DNA of 63,421 nucleotides, filler included, from Octopus bimaculoides (lineage: Eukaryota): assembly GCF_001194135.2 (NCBI RefSeq). It is 6 parts of 6 records of this genome, joined end to end, with 100 filler letters (N's around TTAATTAATTAA, not from the genome) between each part and the next. Parts side by side here need not be neighbours in the genome. Positions count along the whole stretch, not along the records: positions 42,597 to 57,398 come from NC_068999.1; positions 57,499 to 62,216 come from NC_068996.1; positions 62,317 to 63,421 come from NW_026412872.1; 3 more parts are not named here. One strand, given 5' to 3'. Below are positions 52,665 to 63,421 of this stretch, piece after piece. The notes under the pieces are model-generated. The model had not been told where the DNA came from, made no database searches, and saw only the letters and a program-made list of their open reading frames with translations. Position numbers and translations under genes: made by a program. Position 1 is the first letter of the stretch. Each line of letters opens with the position of its first letter.

Positions 52665-54438
52665 TCCCCTGCTCCCAGTTTCATCGGATGCGGGTGTGCA
52701 TCGTTATCCAGCTAAAGATGTCCTCTTGGGGTTAAAAAACCGCAGTAGAATCCGCTCGAACGGACAGCCATGTTAAAGTGACTACGAATATTATACTAGA
52801 TTTTGTTTTCCTAGATATCATTATCCACGTGACAAGAAGAAATTAAAAGGTAATTTTAACGTGCAATGTTTACACGGATACACGAAACAAAGTTTTAATA
52901 TTGTTTAACAGTTCATTTATTGCATAAAAGAAGATATATATACGTAAATTGGAACTGACGAATGAAACCATATCTTAATTATAAATACTGTAAGTTGGCA
53001 GACGACATATCTATGATATGTACTGTTTTGGTTTCCAGTGATATATTTTATATTTAGTTTCTTTCTTAACGGAATACAATTTCACTGTCTGTATTCAAAC
53101 GCTTAAATTTTCCAATAGATTTAAAATTGATTAAAATGTTTCCATGAATAATCGCCCTCCCAGAGGATACTAGCAAATATTTGGACTATTTGTTTGGGGA
53201 ATCGGTGTCAGCATCAGGTGTCTTTGCTGATTTACATTGGAATGATACAAAACGACAAACTGTTTTACTGACGGTTCATTACCGAGTATAGTTAATTTGA
53301 ATTATCTCCCGAGACGAGAGACTGAAAGAATATTAATTTATTAATTGAATAAAAGTACGAAACTGTCAAAGCAGAATGACAGCAACTGCTAATCTTTTGA
53401 CACGAATCTAGAAACACGCAGCTGTAATTGGATGTCTTATTTCAAGCTATTTCATAACACGTCATAATAGCTCTATTAAATGTCACTATAATGTAATTCA
53501 ACTTGTGAAATATTAATTCACTACAACTATATGCAGAGGCATTCTTCTACGTGTGTTCTGCTCTTGGTACATTATATTTTAACCGTTTGTACAATTCCGG
53601 TGATAATGTCCACATGATTGCGCATAGCATAATGAAAAATTACTGGACGTTAAAAAATTTCGAAAGATAATACAGCATATTTTTTTAGCTGAGAGTAACG
53701 CGGCTGTTTTCTGCATTAACGTAGAAATATTTCGGGGGAGATTTTTGCAGGAAGACATACAGTTAAGTGCCGTCTAAAGTTACAAAGTGGACCAAGAGTA
53801 ATGTCCAATATATCAATTGAAATTAAATTGTAATGAGGTTAATGGGTTCGCCTTGCAACCAAGTGTGCCGCACTTTGGTCAAATGTCTTCTACTATAGCT
53901 TCGGAGCGATCAATACTTCGTGAGGGAATTTGGTACAGGGAAACTCTATGGAGGTCTGTGGTATCATATATATATATATATATATATANNNNNNNNNNNN
54001 NNNNNNNNNNNNNNNNNNNNNNNNNNNNNNNNNNNNNNNNNNNNNNNNNNNNNNNNNNNNNNNNNNNNNNNNNNNNNNNNNNNNNNNNNNNNNNNNNNNN
54101 NNNNNNNNNNNNNNNNNNNNNNNNNNNNNNNNNNNNNNNNNNNNNNNNNNNNNNNNNNNNNNNNNNNNNNNNNNNNNNNNNNNNNNNNNNNNNNNNNNNN
54201 NNNNNNNNNNNNNNNNNNNNNNNNNNNNNNNNNNNNNNNNNNNNNNNNNNNNNNNNNNNNNNNNNNNNNNNNNNNNNNNNNNNNNNNNNNNNNNNNNNNN
54301 NNNNNNNNNNNNNNNNNNNNNNNNNNNNNNNNNNNNNNNNNNNNNNNNNNNNNNNNNNNNNNNNNNNNNNNNNNNNNNNNNNNNNNNNNNNNNNNNNNNN
54401 NNNNNNNNNNNNNNNNNNNNNNNNNNNNNNNNTATATA

Positions 54439-54682
54439 CAGGGTGAGCCAAAAGTAGCTATACACTTTTGAAATTCTTTCATTTTATTACTTTTACACTC
54501 ATTTATTACACTTATATTTATGAAACAGTTTAATCTCGTAAAAGGTCGAAATGTCCTCCTTCAACATGGGAACATTCATCAAACGTCCCAGAACACTGTA
54601 ACACACAGCACATTATTCACGGTACCTGTAAAAATCGAATAAGTTAATTTTAAAAGTGTTTACCTAATTTTGGCCCACCCTG
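54439..54682. mobile_element. Tc1/mariner-type MITE (244 bp)
   Basis: TA TSDs; TIRs CAGGGTGAGCCAAAAGTAG and CAGGGTGGGCCAAAATTAG. Confidence 0.88.
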
Positions 54683-55599
54683 TAGAAGCCTATTAAGTAT
54701 ATGGTTTAAGTTATAGAATGAAGTTCGACAAATGCAATCATATTTTTCGTAAATGCAGGAGATTAGATGTTAATATGGAATAAAATATTTCTTATTCATT
54801 TCGCTAAACGGTCGTTTCGTATAGAAATTTAACTAGACATGACTAGACATGACTAGACATGACTCTTTGTAATGAAACCATATATCTAGCTTTATCTGCA
54901 CAAAAGGATATGTTGCAGAGTTGCTAGTAAGACAATAACTGATGCGGAAGAGGTGGTCACTAAATATATATAAACGGCAAGCATTGGAGCGTGAACAAAA
55001 AAGTGCCATCTGCTTGCCGCATCCTTTGACGCTCCAGTGACTTCCATTTATGGTTAGACCATCTCATCGTCTTTCCCTTTAAGAGTTTTACGATATTTGA
55101 AATAAATACAATTCTCTTCGTAGTATGTAACATATGACTAAATATGTTTTAAGATGTCTCAGTCATTCGAATGACGGAAACAAGTAACAGGGAAGAATTG
55201 TAGAACTTTAGTTTATATTAAAATATCCTGATATTCTTTGATGTATTCTCCAAAATAGCAAGATGAAATTTAATATCTCAACTGAAGCGGTTCCGCTATA
55301 TTATAATGTTTATTCAAATTTCCATTGTTATCTTTATTCAAACTACAAAAATCATTCACTGTCAATAATTCTTCTGAGCAGATATCAATAATTCTCTGAG
55401 AAATAAATCAAAGAATAAGCATTTCAAACAAACAGGAAAAGAAAAGCGAAACAAAAGAACAAGAAAAATTAACTAAAGAGATATAACAAAAGTCTTCTAG
55501 GCGTTGTCAATAATTTATTTTTGCAGAAGTATTTTAAACAGAAAATTCATTTAAAAATTATTACTGAAGTGTATTATTTTTACGATTATCTTCATTTCG

Positions 55600-56140
55600 C
55601 TTCTGAGGGATCTCGATTTCACTTACGTTAAAATCGGACAGCCCAATATACCCACCATGACCACCCGTCTGAGAAGAGTACACGAGGCACATGCATTGCA
55701 ACCATATGTGCGCGACATAGCGATCGCATATCAAGATAAACAGTGCATGACCTTGCAGGTGAGGTCCAGTTAGAATCTTCTTCAGGTCGAGTAGCCCATC
55801 CCGTTCAAATGGTCCTTGAATAAGGGTTGTTTTAATGATGATGAATGAAGCGTCCATGTTTTCAGAGGTGAATTATCCAAACCCCAAAGAATTCCTTTCA
55901 ACACATGGTTGTGATGTTCCCCAACTACTTCTGCTCGTGATCAGAGATGGACACATCGTCAGCCACTAAGGGACACGCTCAACTGGTTAAGGTCAAACAA
56001 CTGGCAAACAAATCTGTGGTATTGAGCAGAATATTTGTTGTAGCCCATCTTTTATACCAAGACAAAACACGTAAATGATAACACTTTCAATCAGTTAACA
56101 TCGGTAAGTATGAAAGCCAATGCCTGGTATTACAATAGGG
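55600..56140 (-). mobile_element. Non-coding dispersed repeat starting at (TAA)n, probably an RLE-LINE 3' UTR
   Basis: Abuts the (ATT)n tract at 56142-56235; the sequence resembles an octopus repeat I recall; the family assignment is inference. Confidence 0.45.
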
Positions 56141-56141
56141 C

Positions 56142-56233
<92 letters not shown>

Positions 56234-57515
56234 TATGCGTCGCACAGTATACAATATCGTTCTAATACATTGTCTGTCTGGAAGTCAAAGTCCTAGAGGA
56301 TTTTTTCTTTCCCCTTTTCGTCCATTACCTTTTACGGTGTATGTTGGCACCAAGCAGTCGTAACTTCATATCCATACTTACGGCAGAGTAGCCAGTGGAG
56401 GTTTTGGGCCACTTTGTCGTGTCTACGCTTGTACTCTTTCTGCGCAAGACTTGCACAAACACTAACAATATAAGTCACACTTTCAATCCTCTTCCCACAC
56501 ATCCTGCAGAAGTCCGTTGCACTTCATTACTATTATTGTTATTATTATTATTGAGCAATATATGCAAACCATATCTCTTATTTAATTAGCTCCAGGTAAA
56601 CAGTCTACAATTTCTACTTCAGATATACTTGGTTTAGCCAATACTCTTAAATTACACTCCATACTTATGATTGGTGACCGGAGTTAATAGTCTGGACGCC
56701 AAAATAATTCATTTTAGATCATTCAATTTATTACACTTACTTTCATAATATTTCTCACAGTGGTCAATACCGCAGTGCAAAAAAAAAAACAAACAAAAAA
56801 AACACGCTTTCCCATTCGTTTGTTTTTAAGCCAAATGAGTTAAAGTTGAGCGTAACGACATAAACAAGAACAAATCTTATGTTCAACGCCTGAAAAAGGA
56901 AAAATCTTTCTAAATCGGCCGCTTCAGTTCCGATGAGTCTTGTGTCCACCGGAAATGATTTTCATGCCCTCTGTCTTGACACGCATCGCATTAATCGAAT
57001 TTTATAGCCGTTTGTCCTGTGATTGATAACGATCTGGAACTTCCTTCAGGTTAAAGGTATTTCCTTGTAGTCATCTACTCACATGTGAACACGGAACATC
57101 AAGTGCATCGTGAATCTGTTACTACATACTAAAAGTGCCTTTACGGGCCAACATAGCGCTTCTCTCTTTTTATTGAATCACGTTGTCGACATGGAATGAT
57201 TTTCGTTGCCCAGGAAGTCTAACGACGTTTTTCATAAACTGTGACTGATGAAAGAAAGCCAAGAATGACCCGTCTTTTTTTAGCCTGACCTTCTAATTGT
57301 TGTTTCTCTTGTCCGCCTTTGTGTCGTGTATTTGTCCGAACGTTTTAATGCCCTCTATTGCGTTTTTGGTCCATTTATATATATATATATATATATATNN
57401 NNNNNNNNNNNNNNNNNNNNNNNNNNNNNNNNNNNNNNNNNNTTAATTAATTAANNNNNNNNNNNNNNNNNNNNNNNNNNNNNNNNNNNNNNNNNNNNTA
57501 TATATATATATGGTG

Positions 57516-57547
<32 letters not shown>

Positions 57548-57561
57548 GTACTATATATATA

Positions 57562-57719
57562 GTAGCTGTGTGGTAAGAAGCTTGCTTCCCACCCACATGC
57601 TTCCAGGTTCAGTCCCACTGCATGGCACCTTGGGAAAGTATCTTCTACTATAGCCTCAACCCAACCAAAGCCTTGTGAGTGGATTTGATAAACAGAAACT
57701 GAAAGAAGCCCATCATATT

Positions 57720-57762
<43 letters not shown>

Positions 57763-57955
57763 TTGTGTGTGTGTCTGTGTTTGTCCCCTTTCCATCACTT
57801 GATAGCCAAAGTAGGTGTGTTTACATCCCTGTAACTTAGCAGTTCAGCAAAAGAAACTGACAGGATAAGTCCTGGGGTCAATTTGTCTGACTGAAGGCAG
57901 TGCTCTAACATGGCCACAGTCAAATGACTGAAGCAAGTAAAAGAGAAAAGAGATA
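57562..57955 (+). mobile_element. tRNA-derived SINE, second family, with an internal microsatellite
   Basis: TGTGGTAAG (A box)...GGTTCAGTCCC (B box); a near-full copy at 59388-59815 and partial minus-strand copies near 8310-8400, 10060-10200, 13340-13440 and 52195-52400. Confidence 0.85.
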
Positions 57956-58579
57956 CACACACACACACACACACATATATATACATATATATATTGTTCA
58001 TTGATGCTGAATGTTGTTGAAGGCAATCACTGCCATCATTGTCTCACAACATATCCTACAAGAAACATGTATTGATCATTTACATTACACTGCCATCATA
58101 AGACACATTTTAAAAGCTCTCAGTTCAATCTATAAGCTTTCAAACCACTAAAGTCAACCATTACATATGATAACAACACCTTCCTTTCCCAAATACCCTT
58201 TTTTTTTTTTTATTAGTTATCAATTTTAATCCACCATTTTTGCACATACCAAATCTGAAACATTCATTATTGCCGACCACCCACCTCAAATTATCTGATA
58301 CTTATTTTTCTCACTTTAAACAAGTTTTAACTTGTCACCTTTACATTTCACTGTTTCTTCTACACTAAGTCCCGGATGAAGTTTAATTTCTTTTTGTTCT
58401 TTCCACTGCTGAAGAATGTTCCTTCTAATTTTTTAATGTCATTATCAATATAGTCTTCGAGGGTGACACATTTTTCAGTGACAGTTGATAGAGCAATGCA
58501 CCGAATGTCTCCTGGTATCTTATTTCGATTGTTTATCTCCTGACTGCAAAGACACATCACTTAGTAATAAAGGAATTCA

Positions 58580-59120
58580 GATCATGATTGTATGGTCATG
58601 AGCTTCAATAGTGTGTTGTGTCCTTGGGCAAGACACTTCATTTCACATTGCCCCAGTCCACTCAGCTGGCAAAATTCAGTAGTACATGTATTTCAAAGGG
58701 TCAGCCTTGTCACACTCTGAGTCTGCCTAAAGATTACGTTAAGGGTACACATGTCTGTGGAGTGCTCAGCCACTTGCACATCAATTTCATGAGTAGGTTG
58801 TTCCATTGATCGGATCAACTGGAGCCTTTGTTGTCACAACTGACGGGGTGCCAGGGTATCTGGCTCACTATCATAAGGTCATTGGGTTTGATACCCAGTG
58901 GTTCATTATGTCTTTAAGCAAGACACTTTATTTCACATTGCTCCAGTTCACTCAGCCAGCAAAAACGAGTTGTACCTGTATTTCAAAGGACCAGCCTTGT
59001 CTCACTCTGTGTCATGCTGGTTCTTCCTGAGAATTACATTAAGTATACAGGTGTCTTTGGCAAGAACTTGCTTGTTAATTTCATGAGCAGCATGTTCCAT
59101 TAACTGGATCAACCGGGACC
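58580..59120 (+). mobile_element. Two tandem copies of a third SINE-like family
   Basis: Repeated GCAAGACACT..ATTTCACATTGC..CAGT.CACTCAGC...TTTCAAAG...CAGCCTTGTC; another partial copy near 60610-60800. Confidence 0.75.
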
Positions 59121-59540
59121 CCCTCCCCTCTCAGAGTGCCAATCAATCTCCTGAATTCAAATTACTCAAATGTTTGACATTGTTTTTTTTTAATAGTTGT
59201 TGCTTTGTTGTTATTGTTTAGCCACAGATCAAACCATGAATGGGCAGTCGTATAATCCTATCTACTATTAGTTCAAAGACTGAAACTTTGTGTGAGGAGG
59301 GTATAGATCAGTGTTTCACAACCTATATTGGCCACAGACCCCCGGGTGGTCCCCCAAAGTATGTGAACTAAATTCAAAATTTCATAGATGGCTGGGTGGT
59401 AAGTAGCCTGCTTACCAACCACATGATTCCGGGTTCAGTCCCACTGTGTGGTACTTTGGGCAAGTGTCTTCTACTATAGCCTCGACCCGACCAAAGCCTT
59501 GTGAGTGGATTTGGTAGACGGAAACTGAAAGAATCCTGTC

Positions 59541-59598
<58 letters not shown>

Positions 59599-61139
59599 AT
59601 ATGTTTGTGTGTCTGTGTTTGTCCCCACCAACATCACTAGACAACCGATGCTGGTGTGTTTATGTCCCCATAACTTAGCGGTTCGGCAAAAAGAGATTGA
59701 TAGAATAAGTACTAGGCTTACAAAGAATAAGTCCTGGGGTCGATTTGTTGGACTAAAGGCGGTGCCCCAGCATGGCCACAGTCAAACGATTGAAACAAGT
59801 AAAAGAGTAAAAGAGATACACACACACACACATAAGGATAGGCATATTGAAAAGGATCCGTGGCAAAACTCATTTAAATAAAAGAGGTCCTTGGTAGTGA
59901 AAGGGTTGGGGACCACTGGCCTACACTATTACATCAACCCCAATGGTCAACTGGCACTTCATCTAATTAACCCCTAAAGAATGAAAGGTAAAGTAAACCT
60001 CGGCAGTATTTGAACTCAGAACATCAAAGGTTGGAAGAAATGCTGTTGAGCTTTTTGGTGTGGTAATGCTTCTGCCGATATTTCAAAGGTGAGGGCCACA
60101 ATGGAGCATTCCTCCTACATCTAAGATGATGCCGCTACTGCTAGACATACAGACACTTCTAAACTCCACATCCAGAAATGAACCACCGGGTTAATTGGCA
60201 TAAAATCACTCACAGACAGGCTCCAGCCCATACCCCACAAGCATGCTGGTTGCACTCACTGGATTTTCTACCTTTACTATAAAAGGGTAAAGACTCCCTT
60301 CGGTCATGAATGACCATGGGATTGCACCTAGAAAGTTATCCTCGAAGGCACAAGTCCGGACAAGGTTGTTTATGGAAGACTAGCAGTTGATCTTGCATAC
60401 CAGCCTCGCCTCTCCACACCACTGATGTTATCCAAAGGAAAGGTAAAGGTCGATACAGCCTGGCATCAGTGATGTCACAACTCATTTCCACAGCTGAGTT
60501 AACTGTAGCAAGAACAAAACACACAGCCCAGTCCAGGAATCCAGCTCATTACCTCATAATTGTCAACCTGACACTTTAACCACCTCTACTATAACATAAT
60601 GTAATTCGTGGGGGCACATGGCTTGTTGGTTTGGGAGCTGGACCCATAATCACAATCACATGATTGTGATTTCAATTCCTGGACTGGGTGACGTGTTTTG
60701 TTTTTAAACAAAACATTTCATGCTGCTCCAGTCCACTCAACAGGCAAAAGGTGAGTAATTCTGTTAGGAATTAGTCACAGACATCCAAGGTGAAATGTAT
60801 ATTCCAGAGAAACCAGGAAATCAGCCTTATGTTCCTTACAGAGTAACGTGAATTAGCTGAGGTACAATATAATGGCCTCTGCTCCTCAGGACTGCTGACT
60901 AGATTCATGCCACTCCTACTCAGGCATTCTTCACTCACTCAGCTCCCCTCCTCTCATCACTTATGTCATTTCCAACCTCCTACTTTTTTCAAGATCTACA
61001 CTAACCATTTTGTCCTTGCTTCCTTCCTTCCTTCCTTCTTTCCAAGAACATTGGCCCTCTGGAATTCCCTTCACACTCATTTCTTTCCCACAGAGGATAA
61101 CTTACAAAGACTGAAACAATTATGTTATAGAAGAGTCAG

Positions 61140-61196
61140 TTTTGCCATTGAGAAATGTATGTAGGTATGCATACACACACACAAGTATATAGTTAT

Positions 61197-61242
<46 letters not shown>

Positions 61243-62001
61243 ACACTCAAACACACACACAAACACACACCCGTGCACGCATGCATGCATACATGCAAGC
61301 ATGCACACACACATACATGCCCATATACACATACACACAAACACAAACACATGCACACACACACAAACACATGCATGCAAGCACACACATACACACAAAC
61401 ACACACACATTCACTTGCACACATGCACACAAACACATGTACACACACATACACATGCACACAAACACATGCATATATATACACACACACACACTGAGAC
61501 TCACAGAAATGGTGGTGGTGGTGGTGAGGGTAGTATAGTAGTAATGCCATGACGGTAGTAAAAATAATGCTGACATCGACAATAGCAATAACATTGATGA
61601 TGAGACAATAACACCGATGACAATGGTAACAAAGACGATGATGATGATGGGGGGGGGGTGAGTGTATTGATAGGGGTCGTGGTGTTGATGATGATGATGA
61701 TGATGATCATGATACAATATTTAAAGTGCATTTTGCTTCTGCTTGACAGACTTAATTTAAGAAAAATTCATAATTATTGTTCAGAAGCACAAAGTAACTT
61801 AACAAAAAACAAAAAAATTTAAAAAAAAAAAGAAAACAAAAATTAACAAAAAAAAAGGTTATTGAAAAATAGAAATAACAAAACATGAAGGTATATAAAA
61901 ATATTATATTCTATATTAGACAATGAGTAAATAAAATGGAAAATGAAATTTATAAAATAAACAAATGTTCAATTCGTGTCAGAATGGAACGCAGATATTA
62001 A

Positions 62002-62049
<48 letters not shown>

Positions 62050-62216
62050 CTGAAGATGTTGAAGATGACAGCGAAGGTGGTGGCAGCGATGACAATGACG
62101 ACGGTGGTGACAACAACAATGATAATGACAGTGATGGTGATGATAATGATGATACTGATGACAACAATGACGATAATGATGATGATGATGATGATGACAG
62201 CGGTGATGATGATGAT
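61140..62216. repeat. (CA)n-derived, (GAT)n and related simple repeats
   Basis: Read directly from the sequence. Confidence 0.9.
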
Positions 62217-63421
62217 NNNNNNNNNNNNNNNNNNNNNNNNNNNNNNNNNNNNNNNNNNNNTTAATTAATTAANNNNNNNNNNNNNNNNNNNNNNNNNNNN
62301 NNNNNNNNNNNNNNNNCGAAATACGACAATTTTTAACATGAAATAACTTCGAATATAAATTTTTTTTCTCTATTCTATAAGACAAAATATACAAGTATAC
62401 GAAATTTTAAAGTGTTTCGGTAGAAAACACACTGAATAAAAACTAAATAAAAAATGGTGTCCGCCAAATCAGAAAGATCCTGAAAATTTATACATATATA
62501 CATATGTACATATATACATATATACAGTTGAAGTGTGTTCTTTTAAGAACGTATAAGAGTACAAATAGAGCTTGTTCACCCTTAGAATTCCCAAATAGCC
62601 GGTAGTATTCTTATGGTATGCTACCAATTCTAGTCTTAGGTATTCCTCGTGTGTGAAAATGAAAATTAAAAAGTCAAATAGTCAAAACGGAGAGTAGGTA
62701 CGGTTAGGCAGCTTTTTAATCGCTACAAATTTTTCGATACATACAGATCCTCGTACATACAGGATTTGAAGTTAAGTTTAAATTAAATTATGTAACGATT
62801 TACCTGTATTAGAAGAACTATATATATCTTTTCAGACAATACTCAGTTGCTGTCTCCGTAAGTAAATTAAGATTTCCATGCTACAACATCCGTGGCTTCT
62901 TCGTTAAAACTAACAAACGTTGACGATTTCAATTCGCTCGGTATGAGTGTGTTATCACGTTCGACATGAGCTGCAATGTGCACGTTGTCTGTTTATTTAT
63001 TAAGTTTCAACATGTTATTCTGCACATGCCACACTGTACGATTACGCAAAATATGTATCTATCTATATATATATGGGAGAATGTACGAAAAAAAAACAGC
63101 AACAGACGAGGACAGGTGGTGTAAACAACAAAAGGATGTATTAGTTTGACGCTCGAGAATACAGAAAGTCTTTAACGTTTAGTTGATATGTGAAAGCACG
63201 TAGTTGGATGTATAAAAGATAAACAAGAGTGAAAAAACTACAGAAGGCTTGTGTTACATGGTTAAAGTATATATTTTAAATCGTTATGTTAGAAAAATGT
63301 TATGGAGAAATAACCGGTTTCGTATTTTCTTTTCAAATTTCTCTACCTATATCGTAACATGTCTTCGCTCTGGTGTATAAAATGGAGTTCTAGATAGGGG
63401 AAGGTAATCAGGGATTTTTTC

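Noticed and set aside
63311-63412. Minus-strand CTGATTA...CGAAACCGGTT hammerhead-like trace in a probable PLE end
   Set aside because: The core is mutated, stems I and II do not pair, and the window edge truncates the context.

Overview
AT-rich, microsatellite-dense eukaryotic DNA with many assembly gaps. The SINE families look like those I recall from octopus genomes, so the organism assignment is an inference. The only host coding sequence I can support is the first coding exon (N-terminus, TM1, TM2) of a class A peptide-type GPCR on the minus strand (48917-49210). I found no further exons, so most of the window downstream of it is probably one very large intron. The rest is decayed mobile DNA: a Mag-type Ty3/Gypsy element with two LTRs, a solo LTR with a 5-bp TSD, CR1-like and L1/Tx1-like LINEs, several R4/Dong-type RLE LINE fragments sitting in (TAA)n or (CATA)n tracts, Penelope-like (PLE) RT and GIY-YIG fragments, mariner/Tc1, piggyBac, Helitron ends and several SINE families. 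The most notable hidden signal is a set of about seven minimal type-I hammerhead-ribozyme motifs with palindromic stem III, read by eye. They include a divergent inverted pair (52492-52664), a variant with a branched 41-nt stem II loop (41979-42066) and a 363-bp TSD-flanked insertion inside the Gypsy element. There is also a stand-alone tRNA-Met-like Pol III unit between 98-bp direct repeats. PLE-associated minimal hammerheads are a known class; whether these particular architectures are new cannot be decided without searches.
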